Source of the DNA: Pseudomonadota bacterium
GTDB lineage: Bacteria; Bdellovibrionota_B; Oligoflexia; Oligoflexales; CAIYRB01
DNA: 64,000 bases
NCBI GenBank assembly: GCA_031416315.1
Contig: JANOTL010000188.1
Location: forward strand, 1-64,000
Reading direction: 5' to 3'
A program made the translations under genes and the position numbers. The first letter of the stretch is position 1; every line of letters starts with the position of its first letter. A model generated the notes under the pieces. It saw nothing but the letters and a program-made list of their open reading frames with translations, was not told where the DNA came from and did not search any database. Below, in pieces: positions 20,371-30,177 of this stretch.

Positions 20371-21042
20371 ATGCCTTACAAGCTTCCCTATCTCGAGGCG
20401 CTGCTCTCGAGCGGCGTCCTGCGCTTCGGCGAGTTTCAAACCAAGTCAGGCCGCCTGAGCCCCTACTTTTTCAATACCGGTCGTCTCGATACCGGCGAGA
20501 GCTTGGGCCGCGTCGCCGGCTTCTACGCCGAAGCGATCGCCGCCCACTTCGGCCCCAAAGGCGTGATGAACCTCTTCGGGCCCGCATACAAGGGTATTCC
20601 GCTCGCCGTGATGACCTCGGAGCGCTTGAGCCAAAGGCTCGGCCGCGAGGTTAGCTTCACCTTCAATAGGAAGGAGGTGAAGGACCACGGCGAGGGCGGA
20701 AGCCTCGTCGGCCGGGGCTATGCCGGGGGCGAGAAGGTCGTCATCATCGAAGACGTGATCACCGGCGGCACCAGCTTCCGCGAGACGTTCCCGATCCTCC
20801 GCGCCGCAGGCGTCGACGTCGTCGGCTTCGTCGTCGGCGTCGACCGCGAAGAGCGCGGCACCGATCCGTCGAAGTCGGCGCTACGCGAGGTCGAAGACAC
20901 CTACGGCGTCCCCGGTTTGGCGCTGCTCAAGATGACCGAGATCGTGGCGATTCTCGAGGAGAAGGACGTCCTCGGCCAGCGTTGGATCGACCCGCCGACC
21001 AAAGCCCGCATCGCCGCCTATCGAGCGCAGTACGGCGCCTGA
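20371..21042 (+). CDS. pyrE: Orotate phosphoribosyltransferase
   Basis: FGEFQTKSGRLSPYFFN, FGPAYKGIP, KDHGEGG, IIEDVITGG. Confidence 0.97.
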   Translation: MPYKLPYLEALLSSGVLRFGEFQTKSGRLSPYFFNTGRLDTGESLGRVAGFYAEAIAAHFGPKGVMNLFGPAYKGIPLAVMTSERLSQRLGREVSFTFNRKEVKDHGEGGSLVGRGYAGGEKVVIIEDVITGGTSFRETFPILRAAGVDVVGFVVGVDREERGTDPSKSALREVEDTYGVPGLALLKMTEIVAILEEKDVLGQRWIDPPTKARIAAYRAQYGA

Positions 21043-21189
21043 ATCGACCGTACGTCGCCTTGAAAACGAGGCTATTGGCCAAGGCTTCGCGAACCGACGG
21101 TGACGCCGGCTCATGCCGTCGCGCCGCGCGCTTGACGGCGCCGCCTCTGCATTTTAAGCTCACGAATATCCAGCAATTTTGGCTCCCCT

Positions 21190-22362
21190 TTGAAGAGGCT
21201 GCACATGCGCGCCGCACGACTTCTCGTCTCAGCGTCGATCCTATCCGCCGGCCTGTTCGCGGCGACGGCGTGTAAAACCGCGAACAGCGCAAAGTTGAAG
21301 TCCGAAACCGGTGCCCTCGCCGGCGGCGCCGGCGCTCCGGCGACGCCCGAGGACGACGGCAAGAGTCCGGGCCTTGCGCCGGGCGTCACGAGCGCCACGA
21401 AAGGCGGCGACGCCGCCCTCTCCGTGGAAGATCTCAAGGGCCTGGTCGACGGCCTGGCGCAGACTTCGAGCGCGACGATGGTCGCGGCCAACATCTCGCC
21501 GTCCACCACGACGGGCTTGGCGCTCGAAGGCCCGAAGAGCCAGGACGTGGCGCAGCAGATTCAACAGATCCAGACCTCGCTCGCCGAATCCAAGGCGCGA
21601 CTCGAGCGCCTGAAAGAGCTCGGGGACGACTCCGCCGAGCGCGTCGAGCTCGAGCGCTCGATCGGCACGATGCAGGGTCAGATGCAGCAAAAGCAGACGG
21701 ACCTGGGCGAGCTCCGCGTCAAAGAGCAGAAAGCGGCCGAGGCCGCCGCCAAAAAGAAGGTCGACGACGAAAAGAAGGCGCAGCAGAAGAAGGAGCAGGA
21801 CGCGATCCGCGCGCAACAACAACAGCAGCAGCAGGTGCTGGAAGCTGCCGAGCGCGAGCGCCTCGCGGAGCAAGCCCGCGTGCGCGAGCGTGAGCGTTTG
21901 CGCGAAGAGCAACGCCGAAGCATGGCGGAAATCGACGTTCTAATCGGCAGACTGCAGCAGCGCATCAGTTCGTCGCTCGGCGACAGCTGCTACGTCCGCG
22001 CCTGGACGACGACGTCGACATTCCAGCTGGAATCCGAAGGCGCGCCGCCTTGGGGCAGCTACACTGTTAACTTCTATGCCGAAAAGACGATCTGGTCCGA
22101 AGTGAACGGCAATCCGTTCCTCCTCAGCGCCGGCAGCAACTACAGCTTCAGCGGTGGCGTCGCGACGTACATTCTCTTCAAGTATCCCGATAGCTGCAAA
22201 TCGAGCTTCTCGGTGTCGAGCCTCGCCGGCCAGTACATGGGCGAGAACACCTCGGGCGGCTTCACGTGGCGCATGTGGGGCGTGTTCAACACTGCCTACC
22301 GCTACAACATGCACGGTGGTGTCAACCTCGTGAATTCGATCTCGATCAACCGGGGCTCTTGA
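21190..22362 (+). CDS. Lipoprotein with long coiled coil and beta-rich C-terminal domain
   Basis: Lipobox ATAC and a Q/E/K-rich coiled coil. Start may be ATG 21205. Confidence 0.7.
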   Translation: MKRLHMRAARLLVSASILSAGLFAATACKTANSAKLKSETGALAGGAGAPATPEDDGKSPGLAPGVTSATKGGDAALSVEDLKGLVDGLAQTSSATMVAANISPSTTTGLALEGPKSQDVAQQIQQIQTSLAESKARLERLKELGDDSAERVELERSIGTMQGQMQQKQTDLGELRVKEQKAAEAAAKKKVDDEKKAQQKKEQDAIRAQQQQQQQVLEAAERERLAEQARVRERERLREEQRRSMAEIDVLIGRLQQRISSSLGDSCYVRAWTTTSTFQLESEGAPPWGSYTVNFYAEKTIWSEVNGNPFLLSAGSNYSFSGGVATYILFKYPDSCKSSFSVSSLAGQYMGENTSGGFTWRMWGVFNTAYRYNMHGGVNLVNSISINRGS

Positions 22363-22428
22363 TGCAAGGCCGACGGATTGCGGCGAGCGCCGGGCTGGCC
22401 TCGGTTTGCGGCGAGTCAAAGTGAGTCT

Positions 22429-23313
22429 CTAGCCCAGGCAGCGCGCAATCGCCGCGATGAGCACCTTGCTCGCCGCCGTTCTTTGCGCGTCGGCGCGGTA
22501 GATGAGGCAGACGCGGTCCTGGAACTTCGGCGCGCCGGCGACCGGCGTCAGCTTCCGGTGCGGGTCCCGGAGCGCGACGCGGCCCGGCAGGATGCCGATC
22601 CCGGCGCCACCTTCGACTAGGGCCGTGACGAGCTCGAGGCTTGATGTCGTCACGGTGCGCGTGAAAACCATCCCTTTTTTCGCCATCTGCTTCTGGATCG
22701 CCTGGGTTTGCAGGAGGTCAGGATCGCACACGAGGATCCCGCGGCCCGCCTGCGCCTCTTTTTCGGCCGCGCTGCCGGGTCCAGTCCAGAGCGAGACCTC
22801 GTCGCGAGCTAAGAGCTTGATCACCAAGTCCGGGTGCTCCACCGGATTTACCACGATGCCGAAGTCGACTTTAAAGCCGATGACCTCGTCGGTGATCTGC
22901 CGGGATAGACCGTGCACGAGCTTCAAATCAAGCTCGGGATGCTCGGTGAGCAGGCCGGGGACCAGGCCGGGGAGGGTGTAAAGGCCGACTGAGGGATGGC
23001 AGCCGACGACGTATCGGCCGCTGAGGGTCGTCTCTTCGCGCGTCGCTGCCTGCGCCAAGCGCTCCCACTCGTGGAGTAGGACGCGCGCTTGGACGACGAA
23101 CTTTTGCCCGGCCCGCGTCAGATGCACGCCGGATTTGCCCCGGATCAAGAGGTCGGTGCCGAAGGCGTCCTCGAGCCGCTTCACGGCGAGACTGAGCGAA
23201 GGCTGGCTGATCCCGAGGCGCTCGGCCGCGCGGGAGATGTTGAGCGTGCTCGCGATCTCGACGAAATAGGCGAGCTCGGCCGGCGAAGGCAGAAGGCGGG
23301 CGGATTTCGTCAC
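22429..23313 (-). CDS. LysR-family regulator
   Basis: NISRAAERLGISQPSLSLAVKRLE. Confidence 0.95.
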   Translation of the reverse strand: MTKSARLLPSPAELAYFVEIASTLNISRAAERLGISQPSLSLAVKRLEDAFGTDLLIRGKSGVHLTRAGQKFVVQARVLLHEWERLAQAATREETTLSGRYVVGCHPSVGLYTLPGLVPGLLTEHPELDLKLVHGLSRQITDEVIGFKVDFGIVVNPVEHPDLVIKLLARDEVSLWTGPGSAAEKEAQAGRGILVCDPDLLQTQAIQKQMAKKGMVFTRTVTTSSLELVTALVEGGAGIGILPGRVALRDPHRKLTPVAGAPKFQDRVCLIYRADAQRTAASKVLIAAIARCLG

Positions 23314-23320
23314 GGGAAGC

Positions 23321-23530
23321 TCACAAGTCGAGGAGGAGCTTCACGTCGCGGTCGATCGCATCGGCATAGGCGGACATGAGCTTGCCCAGATTCGATTTCG
23401 GGCGCGGCTTAGCGGCGTCTCCCGCGACCGGCCCGGGACTCTCCGCCGGCGGGACGACGACCGTCGGGCCGCCCGGAATGATCCGAAGCGCTGGCTTTTG
23501 CTTGTCGTTGGCTGGCTTCTGCCTTTGCAT
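23321..23530 (-). CDS. Small hypothetical protein upstream of LysR
   Basis: GGAGG SD before ATG 23530; ends 7 nt before the LysR start. Confidence 0.55.
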   Translation of the reverse strand: MQRQKPANDKQKPALRIIPGGPTVVVPPAESPGPVAGDAAKPRPKSNLGKLMSAYADAIDRDVKLLLDL

Positions 23531-23673
23531 CAACGCGTCCTCCATCCCAGTCTTCGGCGACCGCCCCGCGAACTTTAGCATCAAGCCCGCGGATCAGCAG
23601 GGAAAATTCTGCACCCTGCGGCATCGCGGCGGAAACTTGCTAGAATTTTCTCATCTCACCCTTGGAGGTCCGC

Positions 23674-24180
23674 ATGAGCATCATTCGTACGCTCGTCGTC
23701 GCCGCGTCGCTAGGCTCGGCTGCGCCGGCGCTTGCCGTCGTCGACATCGCCTTGCTCGGCGGGGTGAGCGAGTCAACCGTCGCCGGGGACGAGGTGCTAA
23801 CCTCCCATACCGCGTACGTCTCGGCGCACGTTGCGCCTTTTTTCACCTTGCCCGTCGCATTCGGCGCCTACGCCGCCTACGGCCAGGACGATGACGTTAC
23901 AAGCCGCAGCTTCGGCCCTGAGGTCATGGCCTGGCTGCCGTTCCCCTTGCTTCGCCCCTACGCAAAGGTCTCGACGCCGGTGCTCACTGTGTCGGAGTCG
24001 GAGGGGACGAGCACGGAAAAGCAGGGCCGCGATCCAAAAAACGTGCTCGGCAGCGCTGGCCTCCGCTGGTCCTCGACCGCGATCCTGCCGGCGCCGGCGT
24101 TGATGATCGAGTACAAGCAGGGCTTCAGCGAGGAAAATCCGGTCCGCCAGTACCTCTTCGGTCTCGGCGCCGAGCTCTAG
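23674..24180 (+). CDS. Small outer-membrane beta-barrel-like protein
   Basis: Signal peptide, alternating beta strands, C-terminal YLFGLGAEL. Confidence 0.6.
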   Translation: MSIIRTLVVAASLGSAAPALAVVDIALLGGVSESTVAGDEVLTSHTAYVSAHVAPFFTLPVAFGAYAAYGQDDDVTSRSFGPEVMAWLPFPLLRPYAKVSTPVLTVSESEGTSTEKQGRDPKNVLGSAGLRWSSTAILPAPALMIEYKQGFSEENPVRQYLFGLGAEL

Positions 24181-24184
24181 AGAA

Positions 24185-24214
24185 AACGGGCCCGGCATTC
24201 CTGCCGAGCCCGTT
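24185..24214. terminator. Hairpin between convergent genes
   Basis: AACGGGCCCGGCA-TTCC-TGCCGAGCCCGTT. Confidence 0.55.
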
Positions 24215-24232
24215 CCAGCGTGCTGAAAAATT

Positions 24233-26323
24233 TTACTTCGCGCCCTTGAGCTGCGCCTCGCGATGCTTCGAGACGATCTGCTCCTGGATCGAGCTCGGTA
24301 CCGGACGGTACTTCGAGAACTCCATCGAGAAGCTCGCCTTGCCTTGGGTCGCGGAGCGCAAGTCGGTCGAGTAGCCGAAGAGCTCGGCGAGCGGGATCTC
24401 GGCGATGATGACCGTGTAGTCGTCACGCATGTCGGAGCCGAGGAGGAAGCCGCGGCGGGACGAGAGGTCGCCCTGGACCGGGCCTTGGAAGTCGGTCGGG
24501 GTCTCGACTTCGACGCGCATGATCGGCTCGAGGAGGACCGGCTTCGACGCCAGGAAGGCTTCCTTGAACGCGGCGCGCGCCGCGATCTTGAACGCCATCT
24601 CCGAGGAGTCGACGGGGTGGAAGCCACCGTCGTCGAGCTCGATCTTGGTGTTGATCACCTGGAAGCCGCCGAGGGGTCCCTTGACCACGGACTCCGCGAA
24701 GCCCTTCTCGCAGCCCGGGATGAATTCCTTCGGGATCGAGCCGCCGACGCAGTTGTTCTCGAAGACGTACTTGACCTCGGAGTCTTCCGGCAGCGGGGTG
24801 AGGCGGCCGACGACGTGGGCGTACTGGCCCGAGCCGCCGGTCTGCTTCTTGTGCTTGTAGTCGAAGTTAGCCGCGATCTGCGGCGCTTCGCGGTAGTTGA
24901 CCTTCGGCTGGCCGACGATGACGTTGGCCTTGTACTCGCGCTTGATCCGCTCGACGTAGATTTCGAGATGGAGCTCGCCCATGCCGCGAATGAGGGTCTC
25001 GTTCGACTCGGGGTCGACGAAGACGCGGAAGGTGGGGTCTTCCTTCATGAAGCGGTTGAGCGCCTTGGAGATCTTGACGAGGTCGTCTTGTTTCTCCGGC
25101 TTCAGGGCGAGCTCGATGACCGGCTCGGGCACGAAGATGGACTCGAGCGAGACGTTCAGGCGATCGTCGCAATACGTGTCGCCCGAGGCGCACTCGACCG
25201 CGACCATGGCGATGATGTCGCCGGCTTCCGCGGTCTCGAGCTCTTCCTTGTCGGCGGCGTGCATGCGGACGATGCGGCCGATGCGCTGCTTCTTGTTCAT
25301 GCGCGGATTGAAGTGGGTCTCGCCCTTCTTCAGCGTGCCTTGATAGATGCGCGTGTAGGTCAGCTGGCCGTAGGCTTCGTCCGTGATCTTGAACGCCATG
25401 GCGACGAGCGGGAGCGTCCGGTCGGGCATGATCTCGACCTTTTCGCCGCTGTCGTTGTCGGTCGCGAAGTAGTGACGATCGAGCGGGCTCGGCAGGTAGC
25501 GCTCGACGGCGTCGAGGAGGAGCTGGACGCCCTTGTTCTTGTAGGCGGAGCCCATGTGGACCGCCGTCAACGTGCGGGCGATCGTCGCCTTACGGACGGT
25601 GGCGCGAATGAGCTCGGTGGAGATCTCTTTTTCTTCCAGCATGCGCTCCATGATCTCGTCGGAGAACATCGAGATCTTGTCGAGCATGATGCCGCGGTAC
25701 TCTTTCGCCTTGTCGAGGTAGTCGGCGGGGATCTCTTCCTCGCGGACGTCGTCGCCCTTCTCGCCGTCGAAGAAGTAGGCCTTCATGACGACGAGGTCGA
25801 TGATGCCGGCCAGGTCGGCTTCCGAGCCCATCGGGATCTGCATCATGACGGCGTTGTGGCCGAGCTTCTCGCGCAGCTGATCGGTGACGCGGTAGGCGTT
25901 GGAGCCGGCGCGGTCGAGCTTGTTGATGAAGGCGAGCGCCGGAACCTGGTAGCGCTTCATTTGGCGGTCGACCGTGATCGACTGGGACTGCACGCCGGAG
26001 GTGCCGCAGAGGACGAGGATGGCGCCGTCGAGCACGCGGAGCGAGCGCTCGACTTCGATCGTGAAGTCGACGTGTCCGGGCGTGTCGATGATGTTGATGT
26101 CGGTCGTGTGCCACTTCACCGAGGTCGCGGCCGACGTGATGGTGATGCCGCGCTCCTTCTCCAGCTCCATGTGGTCCATGGTGGCGCCGTCGCCGGAGCC
26201 TTTGACCTCTTGGATCTTATGGATACGACCCGTGTAATACAGGATCCGCTCGGTCAAAGTCGTCTTGCCCGAGTCAATGTGAGCGGAAATACCGATATTT
26301 CGGACGTTTTCCAATTTCGCCAT
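24233..26323 (-). CDS. fusA: Elongation factor G (stand-alone copy)
   Basis: [40 protein letters not shown]. Confidence 0.97.
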   Translation of the reverse strand: MAKLENVRNIGISAHIDSGKTTLTERILYYTGRIHKIQEVKGSGDGATMDHMELEKERGITITSAATSVKWHTTDINIIDTPGHVDFTIEVERSLRVLDGAILVLCGTSGVQSQSITVDRQMKRYQVPALAFINKLDRAGSNAYRVTDQLREKLGHNAVMMQIPMGSEADLAGIIDLVVMKAYFFDGEKGDDVREEEIPADYLDKAKEYRGIMLDKISMFSDEIMERMLEEKEISTELIRATVRKATIARTLTAVHMGSAYKNKGVQLLLDAVERYLPSPLDRHYFATDNDSGEKVEIMPDRTLPLVAMAFKITDEAYGQLTYTRIYQGTLKKGETHFNPRMNKKQRIGRIVRMHAADKEELETAEAGDIIAMVAVECASGDTYCDDRLNVSLESIFVPEPVIELALKPEKQDDLVKISKALNRFMKEDPTFRVFVDPESNETLIRGMGELHLEIYVERIKREYKANVIVGQPKVNYREAPQIAANFDYKHKKQTGGSGQYAHVVGRLTPLPEDSEVKYVFENNCVGGSIPKEFIPGCEKGFAESVVKGPLGGFQVINTKIELDDGGFHPVDSSEMAFKIAARAAFKEAFLASKPVLLEPIMRVEVETPTDFQGPVQGDLSSRRGFLLGSDMRDDYTVIIAEIPLAELFGYSTDLRSATQGKASFSMEFSKYRPVPSSIQEQIVSKHREAQLKGAK

Positions 26324-26531
26324 GATGGAAGAACCCTAGTTAGTCAAAGTGAGGTGGAACGCGTGAAGACGGGGGTTTTAACACAAAGGCAGCGATTTTC
26401 AAGCCGAAAGGTGGCGACCGGCCCTCGCGGCCCTTTCCGAGGAATCTTCATGAAAGCCCAAGGGCTCCCCCGAATTTCTCGCTAAATCAGATTGGTCTTC
26501 TCCCGAAGGAAGCTTGGGAGGAGACGAAACC

Positions 26532-27836
26532 GTGGACTTAGCCGAACAAGGCGCCTCAATACCATTCGCAGGCAACGAGGCCCCGACCAGCGTCGGTGGC
26601 GTGGGCATGATCCCCGATCTCAGCGGTCCGATCAAGCTTGCCCAGGCCCCGGCCGGCGGCGGCGGGGACTTCTGGGACGTCGGCCAAGCCGCGGCGGCTC
26701 AGGGCATGAGCCTCCCCGTCGATCACGGCTTCGCGCCCCAGAACCTGAACGAGGTCGTCGCCATCGACCGAGCCGGCGCCGGCGGCGGCAAGGTCTTCGC
26801 GTACGGCCTCGCCACCGTCATGCTCGGGATCCTCGGCTACTTCGCCTTCCAAATGTTCGTCAACGAGAAGGATCCGGTCCAGCATGCCGAGGAGCTCCTC
26901 GCCGAGGCCAAAGTCCTAGTCGGCCTCGAGGAGGCACCTCTCGACGAGCCCGTGGCCCCCCTGAAGCCGCGCAAGAAGCCGAAGAAGGTCGCAGCCGTCA
27001 TGGTCAAGACGGGCCGGGAGCCGGTCCCGGGCAACCCCTACTGGACCTTGCCCAACAAGCTCCTCGGCGCCGAGACGGAGCTCAATCGCACGTGGACGAC
27101 CGAAGAGGAAGAGACTTGGCGCGCCGGGCTCGCTCACAAGTATTCCTATCAGCGTTGGAAGACGGTGATGGAGGTGCGCGAGCGCAAGCTGCAAGGAAGT
27201 GACGCCGTCCTCTGGGACGCGCTCCAGGACAAGAAGTTTTGGACCCGCATGTACGCCGCCGTGGGCATCGCCGAGTTCAACGTCGAGATCTCGCTCCAGT
27301 CGCTCGAGGGCGCGATGGCCAAAGCCCGCTCCGAGCTCGTCGCGGACTTTTTCGAGCGCTTCGTCCGGAAAGCTGACGCCGGCCAGCTCTTCGTCATGCG
27401 CCAGGCCATCCGCCTTCTCGACGAGAAGGGCCGCATCGTGGTCCTACAGGGCATCGCCAACTCGAAGGATCCCTTGCGCGACCTCTATCTGACGGCTGCG
27501 ACGCTGGACCCGGGCAAGCGCGTGAAGCGCTGGATTCGCCAGTACCTCGCCAACCGGCCGATCAATCCGGACCGTTACAACGACCTCCTGCGCGTCGTCT
27601 CCGGCGAGGTGTCGGGCGATTATCTCCTCGACGGCGACGGGACGATCCCCGACGCCAAGGTCGCCAAGGGCAAGGGGGGCCGCAAGGCGCCGCTGAAGCT
27701 CGCGACCGAGGAGGACCTCGACAAGGAGCTTGCCGCGTTCGAGGAAGGCGGCGGCGACGTCGAGTTTTACGACGAGAACTCCGCTGAAGAAGACGAGGCC
27801 GCCGCCGACGCCAAAAGCTTCGAATACGCCGACTAA
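26532..27836 (+). CDS. Single-TM hypothetical protein with helical (HEAT-like) domain and acidic tail
   Basis: GTG after GGAGG, TM YGLATVMLGILGYFAF, backbone codon usage. Confidence 0.75.
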   Translation: MDLAEQGASIPFAGNEAPTSVGGVGMIPDLSGPIKLAQAPAGGGGDFWDVGQAAAAQGMSLPVDHGFAPQNLNEVVAIDRAGAGGGKVFAYGLATVMLGILGYFAFQMFVNEKDPVQHAEELLAEAKVLVGLEEAPLDEPVAPLKPRKKPKKVAAVMVKTGREPVPGNPYWTLPNKLLGAETELNRTWTTEEEETWRAGLAHKYSYQRWKTVMEVRERKLQGSDAVLWDALQDKKFWTRMYAAVGIAEFNVEISLQSLEGAMAKARSELVADFFERFVRKADAGQLFVMRQAIRLLDEKGRIVVLQGIANSKDPLRDLYLTAATLDPGKRVKRWIRQYLANRPINPDRYNDLLRVVSGEVSGDYLLDGDGTIPDAKVAKGKGGRKAPLKLATEEDLDKELAAFEEGGGDVEFYDENSAEEDEAAADAKSFEYAD

Positions 27837-28042
27837 TTTCGCCCTCCTCGCGGTTTCGCCAAACTCCCCTCAAGTTTTTCGCAAAAATGCCGATAACTCA
27901 CTCCAGTTACGCTGGAGTGACGTCAGGAGCGATGTCACTTACGAACTAGGATGGTTCACCCGCCAAAGCCGGCGCATCTCTATCCCTCGTAAGCACTTCG
28001 CTCGAAACATCACTCCAAGCACTCAGTTAAGCCACTCACAGG

Positions 28043-30166
28043 ATGGAGAGGCGTATGAGCTTGGAGCTACAGCTACGTCAGTTGGTCGTCGGCGGTTCGG
28101 AGGAGCCCGTCCAGGTCGTGGGTCAGACCACGATGCTGGGATCGCTCACCTCGAACCAAATCACCCTCGCCGGCGCCGGCATCGAGCCGATCCACGGCAT
28201 GATCGAGCGCCTCGAGGATGGCGAGCTGCGCATCACCGACCTCGGCACGCTCGCCGGGATCAAGGTGAACGGCACCCGCATCGCGGTCGAGACGGTGCTC
28301 GCGGAAGGCGACGTCATCGAGGTCGGTCCGACTCGGTTCCGCGTCACTGCCCAAGCGCCGCTTGCGCCGTCAAAGACGGTGAAGAGCGACCCGAAGCCGA
28401 GAGCGCGGGGCAAAACGACCGTCGTCTCGCTCGACGACTTCAAGACGCAGGCGCTCTTCAACCCGAAGACGCCGGCCTCCAAAGGCCGGATGCTCGAGGT
28501 CGTCGCCTATTGGGGCGACACGGTGCTCAACGTCGACCAGTTCCATCCCGACGTGAAGGGCCACGAGACCGTCACCATCGGCGACCCGAACAAAGCGCAT
28601 TTCATCTCCGGTGGCAGCGAGTGGTTTACCTCGCGCGTCCTGGCCAACGTCGAGAGCGACGGCTGCGTTCTCAAGCTGACGAAGGGCATGAGCGCCCGTG
28701 TACGGCAGCAAGGCGAAGTGAAGAAGATCGTCGGTCTGAAGCAGCTCCACCTCGGCCCCAGCGACTATGCTCACATTCAGCACGGCGCCGTACACTACTT
28801 CCTGCACTACGCGAATCAGCCGCAGGTAGAGCTCCCGCGTTCTCGCGGCATGGACAACGTCTCACTCGTCATCGCGGCGCTGGCGACGATCTCCTATCTC
28901 GTCCTCGTCATCATGGCACTTACCATAACCCCAAGTCCTGCTCCTCCAGACCGACCGACCGACGCTGACTTCAATCCTGACATCTACAAAAAAGTGCCCA
29001 AAAAACCGACCAAGCTGCAGACGCAGAAGCCCGTCGTCGAGATCGCGGTCCAGAAGCCCAAGCCGCCGGTCGCGGTGAAGCCGACCGCGCAGCCTAAAGA
29101 GCCGCCAAAGTCCAAGGACGTCGTCAAGCCCCTCACGCCGGTGAAGCCACAGGACGTTCTAAAGCCGGTCACTGCCAAGCCGGTGTCGACGCCGGTCAAC
29201 ATCCAGCCGACGCCGACCCCGACGCTGCAAGCGACGCCGACGGCCCAAGCGCCGCAGAATGCCTCCGGAAATCCATCTCCGACCCCCGCCGTCAATCCCG
29301 GCGGCGCCAAGTCGCCGAGCCCGAAGATCGCGCCGAACGCGGCCGACTCCTTGGTCGCCAAGGGCGGCCCCGCGGGCGCCAAGGCTCCCGGCAAAGCTGG
29401 GAACTCCGGCGGTCCTGGCTCGCCTTCGGCGAAGGCCGGCGGCGCCCTGAAAGGCGCGACGCCCTTCAACCAACCAGGCCAGGATCAAGGCAAGCTCAAC
29501 CAAGCCTCGATGCCAAACCTCTCGAAGCTCGGCGCCGGCCTCGGCAAAGTCATGTCGACCAGCGGCGGCACCCCCGTCCAGTTCAAGGACTCCGCGGGCG
29601 GCATGGGCAAGAAGTTCGGCTCTTCAGGCAAGGACTACAACCTCGGCGGAGCCGGAAACGGCAGCGCTCTGGCGTTGCCCGGCTCGAGCAACCTCGCCTC
29701 TGGTTTCGGCGCCGGTCCCGGTGGCGTCCTCAGCGGCGGCAACGGACCCGGCGGCGGTTTGGCAGGCTTGAAAAAGGGCGGCAACGGCCCCGGCCTCGGC
29801 GCCGGCGGCAGCAAAGGCCACGGCCGCGCCGACGTTCAGCTTCCTCCGCAAGCGCCCGGCATCAGCGACAACGCGATCTCGGCGCAGGAGGTCTTGGCCG
29901 TCATTCGTCAGCACTTGAACGAGATTCGTCACTGTTACGAGCAGCTGCTTCAGCGCGTGCCGAACGCGAGCGGCAAGATGACGACGGAGTTCGCGATCGG
30001 CCTCGAGGGCCGCGTGGTCCGCGTCAGCGTCCCGTCAACGACGATCAACGATGCCGTCTTCCGTAGTTGCATCACGGGTAAGATCCAACGCTGGACCTTT
30101 CCGAAACCGCGCAACACGACGTCGCCGGTCACGGTCACTTACCCGTTCGTGTTCTCGCCTCTGTGA
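28043..30166 (+). CDS. FHA + TM + Pro/Gly-rich linker + AgmX/PglI (TonB_C-like) protein, GltG-like
   Basis: N-terminal FHA-like (ITDLGTLAGIKVNG), LEVVAYWGDTVL, C-terminal IRHCYEQ...WTFPKP...VTYPFVF. Confidence 0.8.
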   Translation: MERRMSLELQLRQLVVGGSEEPVQVVGQTTMLGSLTSNQITLAGAGIEPIHGMIERLEDGELRITDLGTLAGIKVNGTRIAVETVLAEGDVIEVGPTRFRVTAQAPLAPSKTVKSDPKPRARGKTTVVSLDDFKTQALFNPKTPASKGRMLEVVAYWGDTVLNVDQFHPDVKGHETVTIGDPNKAHFISGGSEWFTSRVLANVESDGCVLKLTKGMSARVRQQGEVKKIVGLKQLHLGPSDYAHIQHGAVHYFLHYANQPQVELPRSRGMDNVSLVIAALATISYLVLVIMALTITPSPAPPDRPTDADFNPDIYKKVPKKPTKLQTQKPVVEIAVQKPKPPVAVKPTAQPKEPPKSKDVVKPLTPVKPQDVLKPVTAKPVSTPVNIQPTPTPTLQATPTAQAPQNASGNPSPTPAVNPGGAKSPSPKIAPNAADSLVAKGGPAGAKAPGKAGNSGGPGSPSAKAGGALKGATPFNQPGQDQGKLNQASMPNLSKLGAGLGKVMSTSGGTPVQFKDSAGGMGKKFGSSGKDYNLGGAGNGSALALPGSSNLASGFGAGPGGVLSGGNGPGGGLAGLKKGGNGPGLGAGGSKGHGRADVQLPPQAPGISDNAISAQEVLAVIRQHLNEIRHCYEQLLQRVPNASGKMTTEFAIGLEGRVVRVSVPSTTINDAVFRSCITGKIQRWTFPKPRNTTSPVTVTYPFVFSPL

Positions 30167-30177
30167 AGCAGTCATGC

